This document shows, piece after piece, positions 38,299 to 50,175 of a stretch of 64,000 bases of DNA. Location of the stretch: NCBI GenBank assembly GCA_028534125.1, contig CM052816.1, forward strand, positions 11,906,001 to 11,970,000, read 5' to 3'. The stretch comes from Lama glama (taxonomy: Eukaryota). A model generated the notes under the pieces. The model was not told the DNA's origin. It ran no database searches and saw only the letters and a list, made by a program, of their open reading frames with translations. The position numbers and the translations under genes were made by a program. Positions within the stretch are counted from its first letter, which is position 1. Each line of letters opens with the position of its first letter.

Positions 38299-39130
38299 TT
38301 AGAGAGGACCCTTCAACATTCCTTTCACAGTAAGTTCAGTATTGCTGAGTTATTGTAGGTTTTGCTTGTCTGAGAAATTCTTTATCTTTCCTTCTACTCT
38401 AAACGATGTCTTGCTGGGTAGAGTGTCCTAGGTTGGGTTTTTTTTCTTTTTCTTTCAGTGCTTTGAATATATCATGGCCCTTCTGGCCTGAAAAGTTTCT
38501 GCAGAGAAATCAGCTGATAGCCTTATGGGGTTCCCTTGAATATGACTTTTTCTCTTGTTGCCTTTAGAATTCTCTTTATTTTTAGCTGATATGATAAATA
38601 CGGTATGTCTTTGGGTCTGTATGAATTCATCTTGTTTCGAACACTCTGTTTCCTGTAACTGAGTATCTGTTTACTTCCTCAGCTTTGGCAAGTTTCAGTC
38701 ATAATTTCCTCAAATATATTTTCAACCGTTCTTTCTCTCTTCTCCTTCTGGAACCCCTATATTGCAAATGTTGGAATGCTTAATACTATTCCAGAGATAT
38801 TGTAGTCTGCTTTTTAAAATTATTTATCTTATTTTCCTGCCATTCTTATTGGGTGATTTCTGTTACTCTATCTTCCAGATCACAGATGTGTTCTTCTGGA
38901 TCACTTAGTATGCTATTCATTCCTTCTAGGATGTTTTTAGTTTCAGCTATTGAATTACTCAGTTTTAATTGGGTATTTTTATATTTTCTAGTTCCTGGTT
39001 AAAATGTTCACTTTTTAGATCAACTATTTTCCCTAATTCAGTTAACATTTTTATTACCAGTGTTTTGAATTATCTTGTAAATTATTTCTTTCATTATTTT
39101 TTTACAGAGTTTCTTGCTCCTTCAATTAAG
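38299..39130 (-). pseudogene. L1 ORF1 remnant, disrupted
   Basis: Reverse strand reads ...aggctatcagctgatttctctgcagaaact (RLSADFSAET motif)...atgttgaagggtcctctctaa; 5' boundary uncertain. Confidence 0.8.
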
Positions 39131-41242
39131 AATAGTTTCTCTGTCTTAACTTTCTCTGGCTCGATGAATGGATTCAGGTGAAACTGTTACCTGTTGCCAT
39201 CTTGAAGGGGTGTCTTGTGTGAGAGCATCCCTGCGTGTGCCCTTTGCCTTTGGCGGAGGAGCTGGATGTGAGGTGGATGCAAGTAATGTTTTTTCTTATG
39301 GTTTACTGGCAGCTGTCACCTTGGAAGTGGATGGGGCTGGAGACAGAGAGGCTAGAGCCAGTGCTGGGTATGAGGCTGTACTTCCTTACTCAGGTACTGC
39401 CAGGGGCCAGGTCTGATCCCAAGTTGGTGGAGCTGAAGCTCTGAGGGTTCTGTTCCCTTTAAGTGTGTGGGGCCTTTGCTCCAGAGGAGGGGAGTGCTGG
39501 ACAGAGGTCTGAGGCACTGCCTGTGCAGGTGTCTGCAGCTCCATTCAGATGCAGCCTCAGGTGCAAGTCTCTCTTGTCTCTCACTGCTGATCCCTGCCCC
39601 CTGGCCTCCCTGCTGTGTTGTGCAGCTGCTCTACAGGACTGTCAGGTCCCTTGTGGACTCCTGGCAAGTGTTACGAGATTAGGTGTGGTACAGAAGCCGC
39701 CATCAGCCATCTGGGCAGTTTCTCTGGCATTGCTTGAGTAAGTGCCAATGATAGCTGCCACCACCTCACCCAGGCTCTGCCTCAGGACTGCATCACCTTT
39801 CTGTCCCATGGCAAGTCTTTTCCCTGGCTGTGACACCCCAGATCCTGTGCCACATTCTGGCATGGATTCAGGGGGGCCAAAGTGTTCACTTGGCTTGGGC
39901 TTGTGGCAAGGTGTTCACAGGAAACTTAGCAGCAGCTAAGGCAGTCTTCTCTCTGCGCTGCCTTGGGGGAAAGTTCCCTTTGTCTCTGACAGCTGATCAG
40001 TGTCGCTGACCAGCTGCTCCTGCCTTGCTGTGGAACAGCTCTGCAGGGCAAGTGCAGTCCTTGTGGTATACTCAGAGAGTGTATTGGGGGTAAGATGTGG
40101 TGGAGTGGCTGCTGTCACAAACCTGGCAGCTTCTGGGGTACTGACCGAGTAGCACCTCAGGACTGGGTTGCATCTGGTCCCATGGTTGAGGCTTTTTCTT
40201 GGTAATGGCCACCCCGGATCCAGTGCTAGCTGCGGCATGGAGTGAGCTAGGCTGGAATGTTCTCTCTGCTCAGACTGGGGCATGTGGTGAGCTGGCTGGA
40301 AACCTGGCAGCTGCTAGATCAGACCTCTCTCCAGCCAGCCTTGGGGACTAGCCCACATGCATTCCTCGTGAGCAGAGTCCAGGCTTCCCCAGCCTTTCTA
40401 TTTGTCCTGGCTGCACTCCAACCAGCCAAGGGGTCTGGTCTCCTCCACATAGGATCCCAGGACCAGGACAGTCGGTGGCTCAACCCACTTACTCCCCAAG
40501 GTGGGTACCTGCAATCCCCCTTTTTCTCTGAGTCCTCTCCCAGGGACACACAGGTCCTGACCCAATCACTTCTCTTCCCTTCCTGATTACATGTGGGTCT
40601 TACAGCCTTGGTTGTCTAGGAGTCTTTCTGCCAGTTTCCAGTGAGAATTGTTCCACCTGCAGATGTATTTTTGATGTATTCATGGGGGATGAGATGGGCT
40701 TCACATCCTCTTACTATGTATGCCGTTTTGATTTCCCCAGCCAAGGAACATTGGTAAAACGTTAATCATTAAGCACCATAGAGCCCCATGCTAAACGATT
40801 ATAAATAGCAGATGTTAACATCAATCTTAAGGAAAATTATATTCCTGAATTCCCTTAGCTAAAATAGTGGACCAGGTTATTGACACTGTTTTCATTCACA
40901 GTGTTTTTCCCCACTTCTTAATAAAAACACATTATTGAAGCATAAACGAGATGGAGCAGTCTTACTAGCTTAAATTGCTTTTCTTCCCTTGGAAAGTGTT
41001 GTAACTTCACCTCAATTCTAAATGAATAATGGCCTCGCCTTTAAGAAAACCATTTTGCTCACTGTTCAGGTAATAAATATTTCTGATACTAAGAGGCAAG
41101 TGAATGAAACTTAACATTTCAGATCTTTTGATTTTTTGTGAAGAATTAGTTAAACTTAAATTTTTATTGAAATACTAGTGGATTAGATAAACTAACTGCC
41201 ATGGAAGGAATATGCAGTATCCCTCAGTTGGTCATATACTAG

Positions 41243-41740
41243 TTTTATTTAGATATATAATTGACAGACAACATTGTGTTAGTTTAAGATACATAAGGTG
41301 CACATAATGATTTGGTATATGTATGTATGGTGAAATGATTACCACAGCAAGTTCAGTTAATATCCATCACTACCCATAGTTACCAGTTTTTTTTTTCCCT
41401 TGTGAGAACTTTTAAGGTCTACTCTCTTAGCAACTTGCAAATACACAATACAGTACTATTAAACATAGTAACCCTGCTGTACATTACATCCCCAGGACTT
41501 ACTTTATAGTTGGAAATTTGAACATTTTGACCATCTTCATTCAGTTCCCTCCCCTTTCCTCCTTCCTCTGTCAACCACCAATATGTTCTCTATTTCTATG
41601 AGTTCTTTTTTTCTAGATTCTACATGTATGTGAAATCATACAGTATTTGTCTCTGATTTCTCTCAGCATAATGCCTTCAAAGTCCATTATGTTGTTGCGA
41701 ATGGCAGGACTTTCTTTTTATGGCTGAATAATATTCCATA
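41243..41740 (-). mobile_element. L1MA9-like 3' end
   Basis: gtgaaatgattaccaca...gtgagaacttttaaggtctactctcttagcaacttgcaaatacacaatacagt...gctgtacattacatcccca. Confidence 0.85.
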
Positions 41741-41852
41741 TTATTAATAATATCCATATATACACATATTTAAATATACATGATATATATAATACATTTA
41801 TATATAATGTAATAAATGCATATTATATATAATAAATATATGTGTATATATA
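41740..41852. repeat. AT-rich (TA)-like low-complexity tract
   Basis: Read directly. Confidence 0.8.
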
Positions 41853-41859
41853 TTCAGAA

Positions 41860-42345
41860 ATACCAAGGCTGAGGAACACAGAAGGTTGAGAAACTCTTCT
41901 AGATCAAAAATACATTATAACTAAATGCAATGTGTGGTCTTAATTTTGATCTTGGGCCATCAGAAAAATAGCTATAAAGGTCATTGTTGGAACAATTTAG
42001 AAGACTTGCAATGTGGCCTGTAAACTAGATAATGGTATATCAGCATAAAGTTTTCTGATTTTTATCATTTCATTGTGGTTATATAAGATGCCCTTATTCT
42101 TTATAAACATACTGTGAAATAGGTTAGTGAAGGAACATACTGTCTCCTACTTCTCTTACAGGGCTCAGCATAAATAATTTTCATGTAAATATAGGCATTC
42201 ACATCTCTGTATTTACCTGCCTACCTATCTATCTAGAGGGAGAGGTAAAACAGAGGAAAATGTGAATAGTTGATGGATATGATAAAGTATATATGGAGGT
42301 AGTTTATGTTGTTCTATAATTTAAAATTTCATCAGAATGAAAATT
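41860..42345 (+). mobile_element. L1MC4/5-like 3' end
   Basis: ggttgagaaactcttctagatcaaa...aactaaatgcaatgtgtgg...ttttctgatttttatcatttcattgtggttatataaga. Confidence 0.7.
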
Positions 42346-42399
42346 TCAAGAACATTCCAGTTATGACGTAGTCTTTTCTTGCCTCGTTAGCTGACAGTT

Positions 42400-42660
42400 C
42401 CAGCACTGAGCTCCAGCCCATCACACAGCCTACCTAGGCAAGCGTGCTTTCCTGGCACTATTCAGCCCACTGTTTCCTCTTCCTCTAATTCCTTCCTTTG
42501 CCTTATCTGCCTGTCTAAAGCCGCATATCCTTCAAGGCCTAGGCCAGTGGTCATTACTTCTGGGGGACTTCTAGCATTACCTTAGCAGGACTTCTAGCCT
42601 TATTCAGATCAAATTGACCCTTCTCTGTTGTTTCACAGTATCTGACCCATGCTTCTAATA
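42400..42660 (+). mobile_element. L2 LINE fragment
   Basis: gagctccagcc...atccttcaaggcct...gtcattacttctgggggactt. Confidence 0.5.
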
Positions 42661-42669
42661 CAGCCTATA

Positions 42670-43030
42670 AATTAGAGTAGGCTGTGTTGTGGTAACAAGG
42701 ACAAAATCTCAGAGGGTTAAAGCGACTGAGGTTCCTTTCTCCTTACAGCTAAGTGTCTTGAGGATTGACAGGGAGGGCTTTGCATATTGCGGTCACTCAG
42801 GGACTGAGGGTTATGGAAACTCGACCTTGACGGTGAGCTTCCATGACTGTACATCAGAGGGAAAGGGAACATGGGAAGTCATGAACTGGCTCTTGACGCT
42901 CCTCAACAGAAATAATTCACTTCTGTTCAATCTTCCGAGGTTTAAAGACGTTATACATACAAGCCTAGTTTCACAGGGTGTGGGAGGTGCAGTCTGCCAG
43001 GAAGGAGACCATGATTAGCTCTAAAGATGT
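42670..43030 (-). mobile_element. Old MLT1 (K/L-like) MaLR LTR
   Basis: taggctgtgttgtggtaaca...aaaatctcagagggttaa...ggtcactcagggactgagg. Confidence 0.65.
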
Positions 43031-43164
43031 CCACTCACAGGGTTTTTTAACACACAAACATCCTGCAGGGCGTTTTTTTCCCCAGTGAATTGATAGCAGC
43101 TTCTATAGTCATCTTTCTGTTCAACTCTTTAGTACAAAGGAGGAGCTGAGTGCTTATTATCTGA

Positions 43165-43265
43165 TTGAACGGACATCCAGAGACTTGCTCAAGGTCACAG
43201 AGTCTCTAGGGTTTGGATTCATGTCTCTGAATTTCTAGACCTGAACACTTTCCACTACAACACGC
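43165..43265 (-). mobile_element. MIR SINE fragment
   Basis: gacttgctcaaggtcacag...ctgaatttctagacctgaacactttccactacaacac. Confidence 0.65.
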
Positions 43266-44624
43266 AGTAAGAATCCATAGACTTCCTGATGTGGTCTCCC
43301 TTGCCTTAAGTTGTGACCTACCACTAGGAACTACTCTAACTTTAAAATATTAACTAGTATAGTCGAGTCCTCAACCTATATGCAGTAACCCATTTTAGAA
43401 TACGCTTGCGGCCAAGAATACGAAAAAAAATGCACTGATTAAAATCCCATAGATGAAAACACATTTCATTATTTTTAACCTGTCATGAATTCTCACTTTT
43501 GCTCTTGAAAGCCTTTCTCAATTATTTCTCTTTCATGGCTCTTTTCGTTGGACTTGACCACAGGGTTTTTTAGAACTGTATGCTTTTCATAACAAAAGCC
43601 AAGAAAATTCCAAAAGCCTTCAAAAGATACAGAAAATATCAAAGTCTAAAATAAATCTTCAAAATAAATTTCACCAGAATGGCATATGTTCTTGGTTAAC
43701 CTATAGAATTAAAAAATCTGTGGTAAAATCAGATTCCCATTCATCTTTATTATTATTATTGTTATTATTATTAATTTTCTCAGGTCCCAGTGGAACACTG
43801 AATTACTAATAGCCCTAGTCCTTGTTCATTGGAAATGAGAAGAGTGGAACTGACTGTGGCAACAGCACTGAGCAGTAAGATGCTCTGAGAGAGCTTTTGC
43901 CTGTTAGGTGCACTGAATCATTAGTACTTCAGTGAAAGGCAACAAAACAGGCAATCTTGTGCAGATCAGGATGGCTTTCAGTGCAAGTAAGAATTTCAAT
44001 GTGTGTCAGAAAATGAATAGAGATGATAAATTCAGGAGGTGGCATGCTGGAGTAACTCAAATGCAAAGCATCTGCTGTTGCCTGGATCCCAGGAGGCTTG
44101 AGTTATGTGGAGGGTTTCTTTCTCTACTGTAATGTCTGCCTTGCCGGGGAGCCAGGTCAGTTACTGGGTAAGTGTTGTGGCTACTTCTACCACCAACCAC
44201 TGAGCTACGACAAACGTGGAATTGCCTTCCTTACTTAGGTTTCCAAGTGCAAAATGGAACCAATCTGTGTAGCTTTGATTTGGGATGACGTTTCACTATC
44301 TCCCTGTGAGGGTGAGCAATCTCTTAAGTGACAGATCATTTTATGAGGCTTCTAACGAAGATGAACAAGCCTGCTTTGCTAACATAAAATTGGCAGGAAC
44401 TTGAGCTTGAAATTTGAATGGAGCCCAAACTGAATATTTGCACAAGTTTGAAGAGGCACAGACGATTTTATGCAAATTGTTTATTTATGGAATGCTTTCC
44501 CTGGGCACATCTGCAGGCTCACGTGGGCTGAGAGTAGGAAAGAAGATAGCAGCACTTTAGTTAGCATGACTATTGCCTTTTTGGTGTGTTTGTTTCTCCT
44601 TAGTATTAGAAATCAAATGTAAAG

Positions 44625-44860
44625 ATTAATAATATCTAACCTATATGGAGCACTTTTACTAAGACAGGACCTAGGCTAGGTGCTTTGAACTTACTTAGAG
44701 GTACTGTTATCATTCTTGTTTCACTGGTGAGGAAAGTGAGGCTTAGGGAGATCAAGAGCTTACCCAGTGTCCCTCAGCAGTAAGTGGCGGATTGGACTTT
44801 GAACCTAGGTGCTCAGCTTCCAGAATTCAGTTCTTACTTACTTAACTTACACTGTGCTGT
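44625..44860 (-). mobile_element. MIR SINE
   Basis: gaggtactgttatcattc...gtgaggaaagtgaggcttagggagatcaag...agtaagtggc...tttgaacctagg. Confidence 0.85.
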
Positions 44861-44907
44861 ATGGACCTTCTTAGATAATAGAGTAACTCTGGGGGATTGA
44901 GTTTTTA

Positions 44908-44968
44908 TTTAATACTTATATAGAATAGTCTTATTTTTAATACTTATATAGAATAGTCTTATTTTTAA
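44908..44968. repeat. Perfect 28-bp tandem duplication (2.2 copies)
   Basis: tttaatacttatatagaatagtcttatt at 44908-44935 and 44936-44963, followed by tttaa. Confidence 0.95.
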
Positions 44969-45149
44969 AAAGATGACAGAAGCTCAGATAGAAAACTTAA
45001 AATATGTCACTCTTATCCTAAATTTTACAGAAAATTCTTTTCAGAATGGGCCGGCTCCATTCATTCCCAGGAAACTGAATAGGACACTATTAAAGTACTG
45101 GGCCTTTAGACTCTGAGCATCTAATCAGAGCTCTGTAACATTATCAGTG

Positions 45150-45360
45150 AGAGAGGTGAACAAATCTTGTCCTTCTCAATCTGATATACACAATTCAACT
45201 GTTTGTTAGTATCGTGGAGGCTTAACAAAGGTTACGGAAAGGGGTCTATATATGGTTTATTTGATTGGACCTTATTTCACTTCTGTGTCCTCCATTCTTG
45301 CAGTGTGAACTTGGAAAGTTAAGGTATTGTGGCAGTACGATGAAGGGGACTTGGGAACTT
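45150..45360 (+). mobile_element. Possible very old L3/CR1 RT-region fragment
   Basis: gaacaaatcttgtc...ctatatatggtttatttgatt...cattcttg...ggcagtacgatgaaggg weakly follows the CR1 RT region. Confidence 0.3.
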
Positions 45361-45414
45361 ATTGCTTATAATCTTAGGGATAACCTCCTTCCTGAGTAAG
45401 GTTTGGCCAGACCA

Positions 45415-46592
45415 AAGATGCTGGAATCACCCGACTCCTTTTCTCTTATAGTTCATACGAGTGTATCAGCAATCCTACAAGCCTCCTTTCAAAAGATACT
45501 TTGAATCTGTCCTGACATCATTACCCCTGCCACCAGTACTCTGGGCCAACCTCACATCACCTCTCACTCACATGGACTATTGCAGCACTTTCTAAACTGG
45601 TCTCTCTGCTTCTGCCTAATACCACTGTAGCCTGTCCTTCCCACAGAGGCTGGAGTGAGTCACTTATTTTATTTTTTTATTGAAGTACAGTCAATTACAA
45701 TGTGTCAATTTCTGGTGTACAGCATAATGTCCCAGTCATGAATATATATACATATGCATACATCGTTTTCGTACTTTTTTCATTAAAGGTTATTACAAGA
45801 TGTTGAACATAGTTCCTTGTGCTATACAAAAGAAACTTTTTTTAATCTATTTTTATAGATCGTGGCTAACATTCTAAATCTTAAACTCCCAAATTTATCC
45901 CTTCCCATCCCCTTTTCCCTGTAACCACGATTGTTTACCATGTCTGTGAGTCTGTTTCTGTTTTGTAGATGAGTTCATTTGTCTTTTTTCTTTTTTCCAG
46001 ATTCCACATATGAGTGATATATCCTATGGTATTTTTCTTTCTCTTTCTGGCTTACTTCACCTAGAATGACGATCTCTAGGTCCATCCATGGTGCTGCAAA
46101 TGGTCATTTAAAGTGCACGTCATATCCCCCTGACTCTTCCACCCAAGCCCACTAAGTGGCTCCTATCTCACTCCACGCCCTCTGAATCTCCCTGATCTCA
46201 CCGCCTGCCGCCCTCCCTTCTGCTCTGCTCCAGCTGTACAGGTGCTTCTCAGGATACTCCTGGCACAGAACAGTGTCCCTGGACCCTCTCCCTGCCTGAA
46301 ACCCTCTTCTCCTGGAGCCCGAGACTGCCCACTCACTTTGTTTAGATTTGTAGATGTTAAAAAAAAAAAAGCACTTCTCCTCATTCCCATTTCTTCCAAA
46401 AAGATGCCTCTGACCATACTGTATACCCTTACTGTGATTTATGTTCCTCCTTAACATTTTCCTGAGATACCCTTTTTTTTCTGTGATTATTTATTTATTG
46501 TCTGTTTCCCTCAAGTGGAATGCAAGTTCCATGAGAGTCTGGACTTGATTTATTTTGTTCACTGCTTAGTGTTTGATGAATGACTGAATGAG
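45415..46592 (+). mobile_element. L2a-like LINE 3' region interrupted by an L1
   Basis: catggactattgcagc...actggtctctctgcttc; resumes after the L1 and ends gaatgcaagttccatgagag...ttgttcactgct...tgaatgactgaatga. Confidence 0.85.
45667..46102 (-). mobile_element. Camelid-type L1 3' end, 5'-truncated
   Basis: tttttattgaagtacagtcaattacaatgtgtcaatttctggtgtacagcataatgtcccagtcat...ggtatttttctttctctttctggcttacttcac; TSD-like gtcactta / gtcattta. Confidence 0.92.
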
Positions 46593-46840
46593 TGGCATGG
46601 AGCAATGCTGTGGGACCAGTGAAAGAGCCTTAAGGGGTGTTGGGTTTGAGAAAGTGTAACGTGTAAAAATAGAGGCCAGGAAGCAGACGGTAAAATTTGA
46701 GCTAATGTGCAAAAAATAATAATGTGTAAAAAAGCAGCAAATTCAATAGACACCCTCCCAAATAGGCATATTCCATAGACATAAAAATATTATTCCATAG
46801 GCATCCAAATTGCCTCTGAATGTTAAGATGGTCTAAAAAT

Positions 46841-46961
46841 TATACAATGGACACTGTTCATCCACAAAAAAGAATAAAATAATGCCATTTGCAGCAACAT
46901 GGATGGACCTAGAGATGGTCTTTGTAAGCTAGAGAGAGAAAGAAAAATACCATGTGATATC
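46841..46961 (+). mobile_element. Internal L1 ORF2 C-terminal fragment without 3'UTR or tail
   Basis: aaaaagaataaaataatgccatttgcagcaacatggatggacctagagat...agaaagaaaaataccatgtgatatc. Confidence 0.85.
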
Positions 46962-46969
46962 GAGTTAAC

Positions 46970-47160
46970 TGTGTAATGGTTAAGGACATTAGTTTAGCCA
47001 ACTAACTATGACACCTTGAGCAAATATCTTAACACATCTGAGCCTCAGTTTTCTCATCTCTAATGAGCTAATGCAGTTCAACTATTTGCCACTGTGCTTA
47101 ACACTCTAAGAAACACTCTATGGAGAACACTATAAATGCTACTGATTATTGTGTTACTAT
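46970..47160 (+). mobile_element. MIR SINE
   Basis: gtgtaatggttaag...ccttgagcaaatatcttaacacatctgagcctcagttttctcatct. Confidence 0.7.
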
Positions 47161-48034
47161 TATAGGTATTAGGAGGAGGTGAAATCGGAAAGCCTACCTT
47201 AATTCTATCCCAAATATCAGTCTCCAACACAAGAACAGTATTGGGACTTCCCATGAACCAAAATCAACAGGAAGCAGAACTTACGTCCTTTAAAACTATG
47301 TAAAGTAACTGAAGTGTGTTGACACAATGCTTGTACTTATGTGGAGTTTCACTTCATCTGTGGCATAAAGCTGCAATGGAACACATTTCTGTTGATAGGA
47401 AACATTACCCACCCCCCTGCCCTTCCTCATTTGTTACCCTGGTTGTCTGTTACATTGTTTTAAGTCATTCTGTGGTGTGGTGCTCCTTCTTGCCTCAATC
47501 CATTTTCTCAAAAATTCTGCCAGGAGATCTGAGAGCAGATGGTGCCTTATTGTTAAAGAAAGTGATACTTTTGTGGAGTGTTTGATCACACTTTTCTGTT
47601 GGGGACTGGCTTGTCAGTGACTTGTGGCATCAGGATAAGATATATGCCAAGGAAAACGAAAACAGCATATGTGCTCAGGCTGTCAAAGGATATATTGACA
47701 ACTGCATCAAAACCTGAAAGTATGGCTTCAATTGTTAAAACATACGAAAAGCGTACTTCCATTGCGTCAAATAAATCCAGGTTGGAAGGCTGTGAGTGTA
47801 CCATAATAGCATGCAGGCAAGCAACCCACACAGATAGTAACCCCGACTTCTGAAAACAGCTACTAATGTAGGAAAGATAAGGATTACTTCTTTTGTTCAG
47901 TACACATTATTTTATACCCATTGTGCTATGCACCGGAGGAGAATCAGACACAGCTCACAAGTTAAAATGATCCCAGTCGTGCAGGTGAGGAAAACATATT
48001 AACAGATAAATGAAGCCATATAATGAAAAAACAT

Positions 48035-48570
48035 TATTCTTTACTTCCCTACCCCACAGATTCATTCTCTGCCTTTCCCTTTCCTGCTCTGTGCCCTGGG
48101 AGGCTGACCCCAGTGAATTGCTCCCTTCCTGGCTGGCTTCAAGGTGAGTTCAGCCAATGGAGTCATGGGTGGGAGGGTCAGAGGCGTGAGTGTCTTCCCT
48201 CACTTCCTCCCTGCTCTGACACCCAGCTTCTAACAGTGGCTGTATGCTTCCATGGCTGCTGCCCCTTCCATCCTCTGCTCCTCCCCAGCTCCACCTCCCA
48301 CTGGATTCTGGGCAACACTGCTTCCTCCTTCCCTGAAGAGAGGAAGCCTTCAAACCTTGGATTTATTTGACAAAATGAAAATATTCCTTTCTTCCCACTT
48401 GAGCTTCCTTGGTTGTAGTGACTTCCACTATTGCTATTCTCCGGCTGCCTCAGCATTTCTTGTTTGTTCTCTTATCTGCGCAATTCCTCAGAAGTGGACC
48501 TTTATTTAAACTCTCTTCACTTGAAACAACTGAGTTGAAGTCTGTTTCTTGCTGGAACTCTGACAGATGT
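48035..48570 (+). mobile_element. LTR33-like ERVL solo LTR
   Basis: cagattcattctctgccttt...cctgctctgtgccctgggaggctgacc...ttcagccaatgg...tctgtttcttgctggaactctgacagat. Confidence 0.8.
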
Positions 48571-48671
48571 AAAGACTATCATAGAGATAGCAGTTTATTC
48601 AACACTCATTCAATGATAGGCTATTTACTGGGTGCCTATATGGGACACTGCACTAGTTACAAGGTATAAAT

Positions 48672-48870
48672 CAGTACTTTCTAATAGAACTTGATGGAAA
48701 TTTTCTGCTCTGCCCAATATGAGAGCCACTAGGCACATGGGATTACTGAACAGTTGAAATGTGGCAAATGTGACTGAGCAATTGAATTTTAAATTTTATT
48801 TAATGTTAGTTTAAATTTATATAGCCACACATATAGCTGTTGGTTAGTGGCTCCTGTGCTGGACAGCACC
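48672..48870 (+). mobile_element. MER3 hAT-Charlie element
   Basis: taatagaact...gccactaggcacatg...ttgaaatgtggcaaatgtgactgagcaattgaattttaaattttatttaat...tagccacac...tggacagcac. Confidence 0.9.
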
Positions 48871-48949
48871 AGTATGAACTCATTTTAACAGGAGCCTGAA
48901 TAACTTCTGGCTAGAGATCGAGTTGGCCAAAGAGAAGGATTTGTTCTGA

Positions 48950-49190
48950 GATATGGCAGGAAGGTGATTTTTGAGATGCTCTGTTGATGAGTGGGTCTTT
49001 ACCAGGCAGAGAAATGTGGACAGTGCATTCTGGGCAAAAGGAACATCTTACGTAAATGCTGAGGCTTTGGCATATGGAAGGTAAACTTAGAGTACCACAT
49101 AGTATTCAAAGCGGTTAGATCATAATGATTCCGAGGGATGTGTTGGAAAAGGAGCTGGGAACATGTGTTGGAGCTGCATGGTGATGAATC
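48950..49190 (-). mobile_element. L2 LINE fragment (continues ~48590-48668 across MER3)
   Basis: ggaaggtgatttttgag...gatgagtgggtctttaccaggcagag...gcattctgggcaaaaggaaca. Confidence 0.6.
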
Positions 49191-49954
49191 TTATTTCATG
49201 CTTATATTTTGCTGGTCTTTTATACTCCATTATAATAGCATCAAGTAGATCACTTTAAAACAGGAATATTAAGCATGGTAGATATGTACGTATTCCTTCA
49301 AATGGTCCATTGAGCTTTCAATTTCAAAAAATCTTTTAGTGATTAATTTACACTATACTCAATTCTGTTGCCCTCTGTTCTTAGACTTTTTCTACTTACA
49401 GTAGATAAAATGTCAGTGATCTGGCTTGATTCAAGGATGCACAATGTATCATGGAGCATGGATGAGTTTCCTATACACCAGATTTGAGAGGATCAGAGAA
49501 GAACTCCTAGCTAAACTGAAGCCTGTGCTTAGCCTAGAGAATGGGTAAGAGTTTTCTAGGTGAATCTGTGTACCTGTGCAGGCTAGTACTGGAGGGGAGG
49601 AATGATGGAAACAGAGCCAAATGTGTTCCTGTCAGAAAACATTAAGTGAGAGGTAATGACAGAGCTGAGAGAAAGCTGCAGTGGTCTAAAGGATTGGATC
49701 TAAACAGATCTAAATTATAAAAGGATCACTCTGAATGGATATCTGTGCCCTCGAATGGTTTTGGAAGTTAAGACTGGCGTGCCAGTTAGATGGCTGTAGT
49801 AACTGCAGGAAAAACATAATGGTGTTTGAACACAGGTCATGTGCGTTTTCACACAGGTTCTGAGAAATAATACGTCTCACTTGTGAACTTTTGCACTTGC
49901 AAAGCTTGTCTATGTTTCTCTGGAAAACAGAACAACTCTGCGTTTGCTCTGGCT

Positions 49955-50175
49955 CATAATAATAATAGCTGTTATTTAACAAGTAACTATTCTGAGCCAC
50001 TCTTCCAAGCCTTTACATGCTGTGTATTAACGTCACTTAATCCTCAGAACAGCCCTACTATCTGCTTATTTTTGCAGATGAACAAATGGAGGCTTAATAA
50101 AGTTAACTAACTTTCTTAGGGTCACCCTTACTAATATGCAGAACATGATTAAAATCTGGGCCGTCTGCTTCTAGG
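49955..50175 (-). mobile_element. MIR SINE
   Basis: tgtattaacgtcacttaatcctcagaacagcccta...tttttgcagatgaacaaatggaggctt. Confidence 0.85.

Larger units (their letters stand above)
33806..40738 (-). mobile_element. Near-full-length decayed L1 (~6.9 kb): 3'UTR, ORF2, inter-ORF, ORF1 and ~1.6 kb GC-rich 5'UTR
   Basis: Minus-strand peptides MAISTYLSIVTLNV (endonuclease), [24 protein letters not shown] and [22 protein letters not shown] (RT), MKRQPTEWEKIF; many frameshifts and deletions. Confidence 0.95.

Noticed and set aside
39168..40586. Cluster of overlapping 65-115 aa ORFs in GC-rich sequence
   Set aside because: Lies in the L1 5'UTR; GC-richness lowers stop frequency; the same sequence recurs at 63431-63733
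33790..40755. TSD for the near-full-length L1
   Set aside because: Only a 6-bp aacatt is shared by the flanks; not convincing
47578..47853. Antiparallel ORF pair (91 aa and 81 aa) in unique sequence
   Set aside because: No ATG start, splice signals or recognisable domain; lengths compatible with chance
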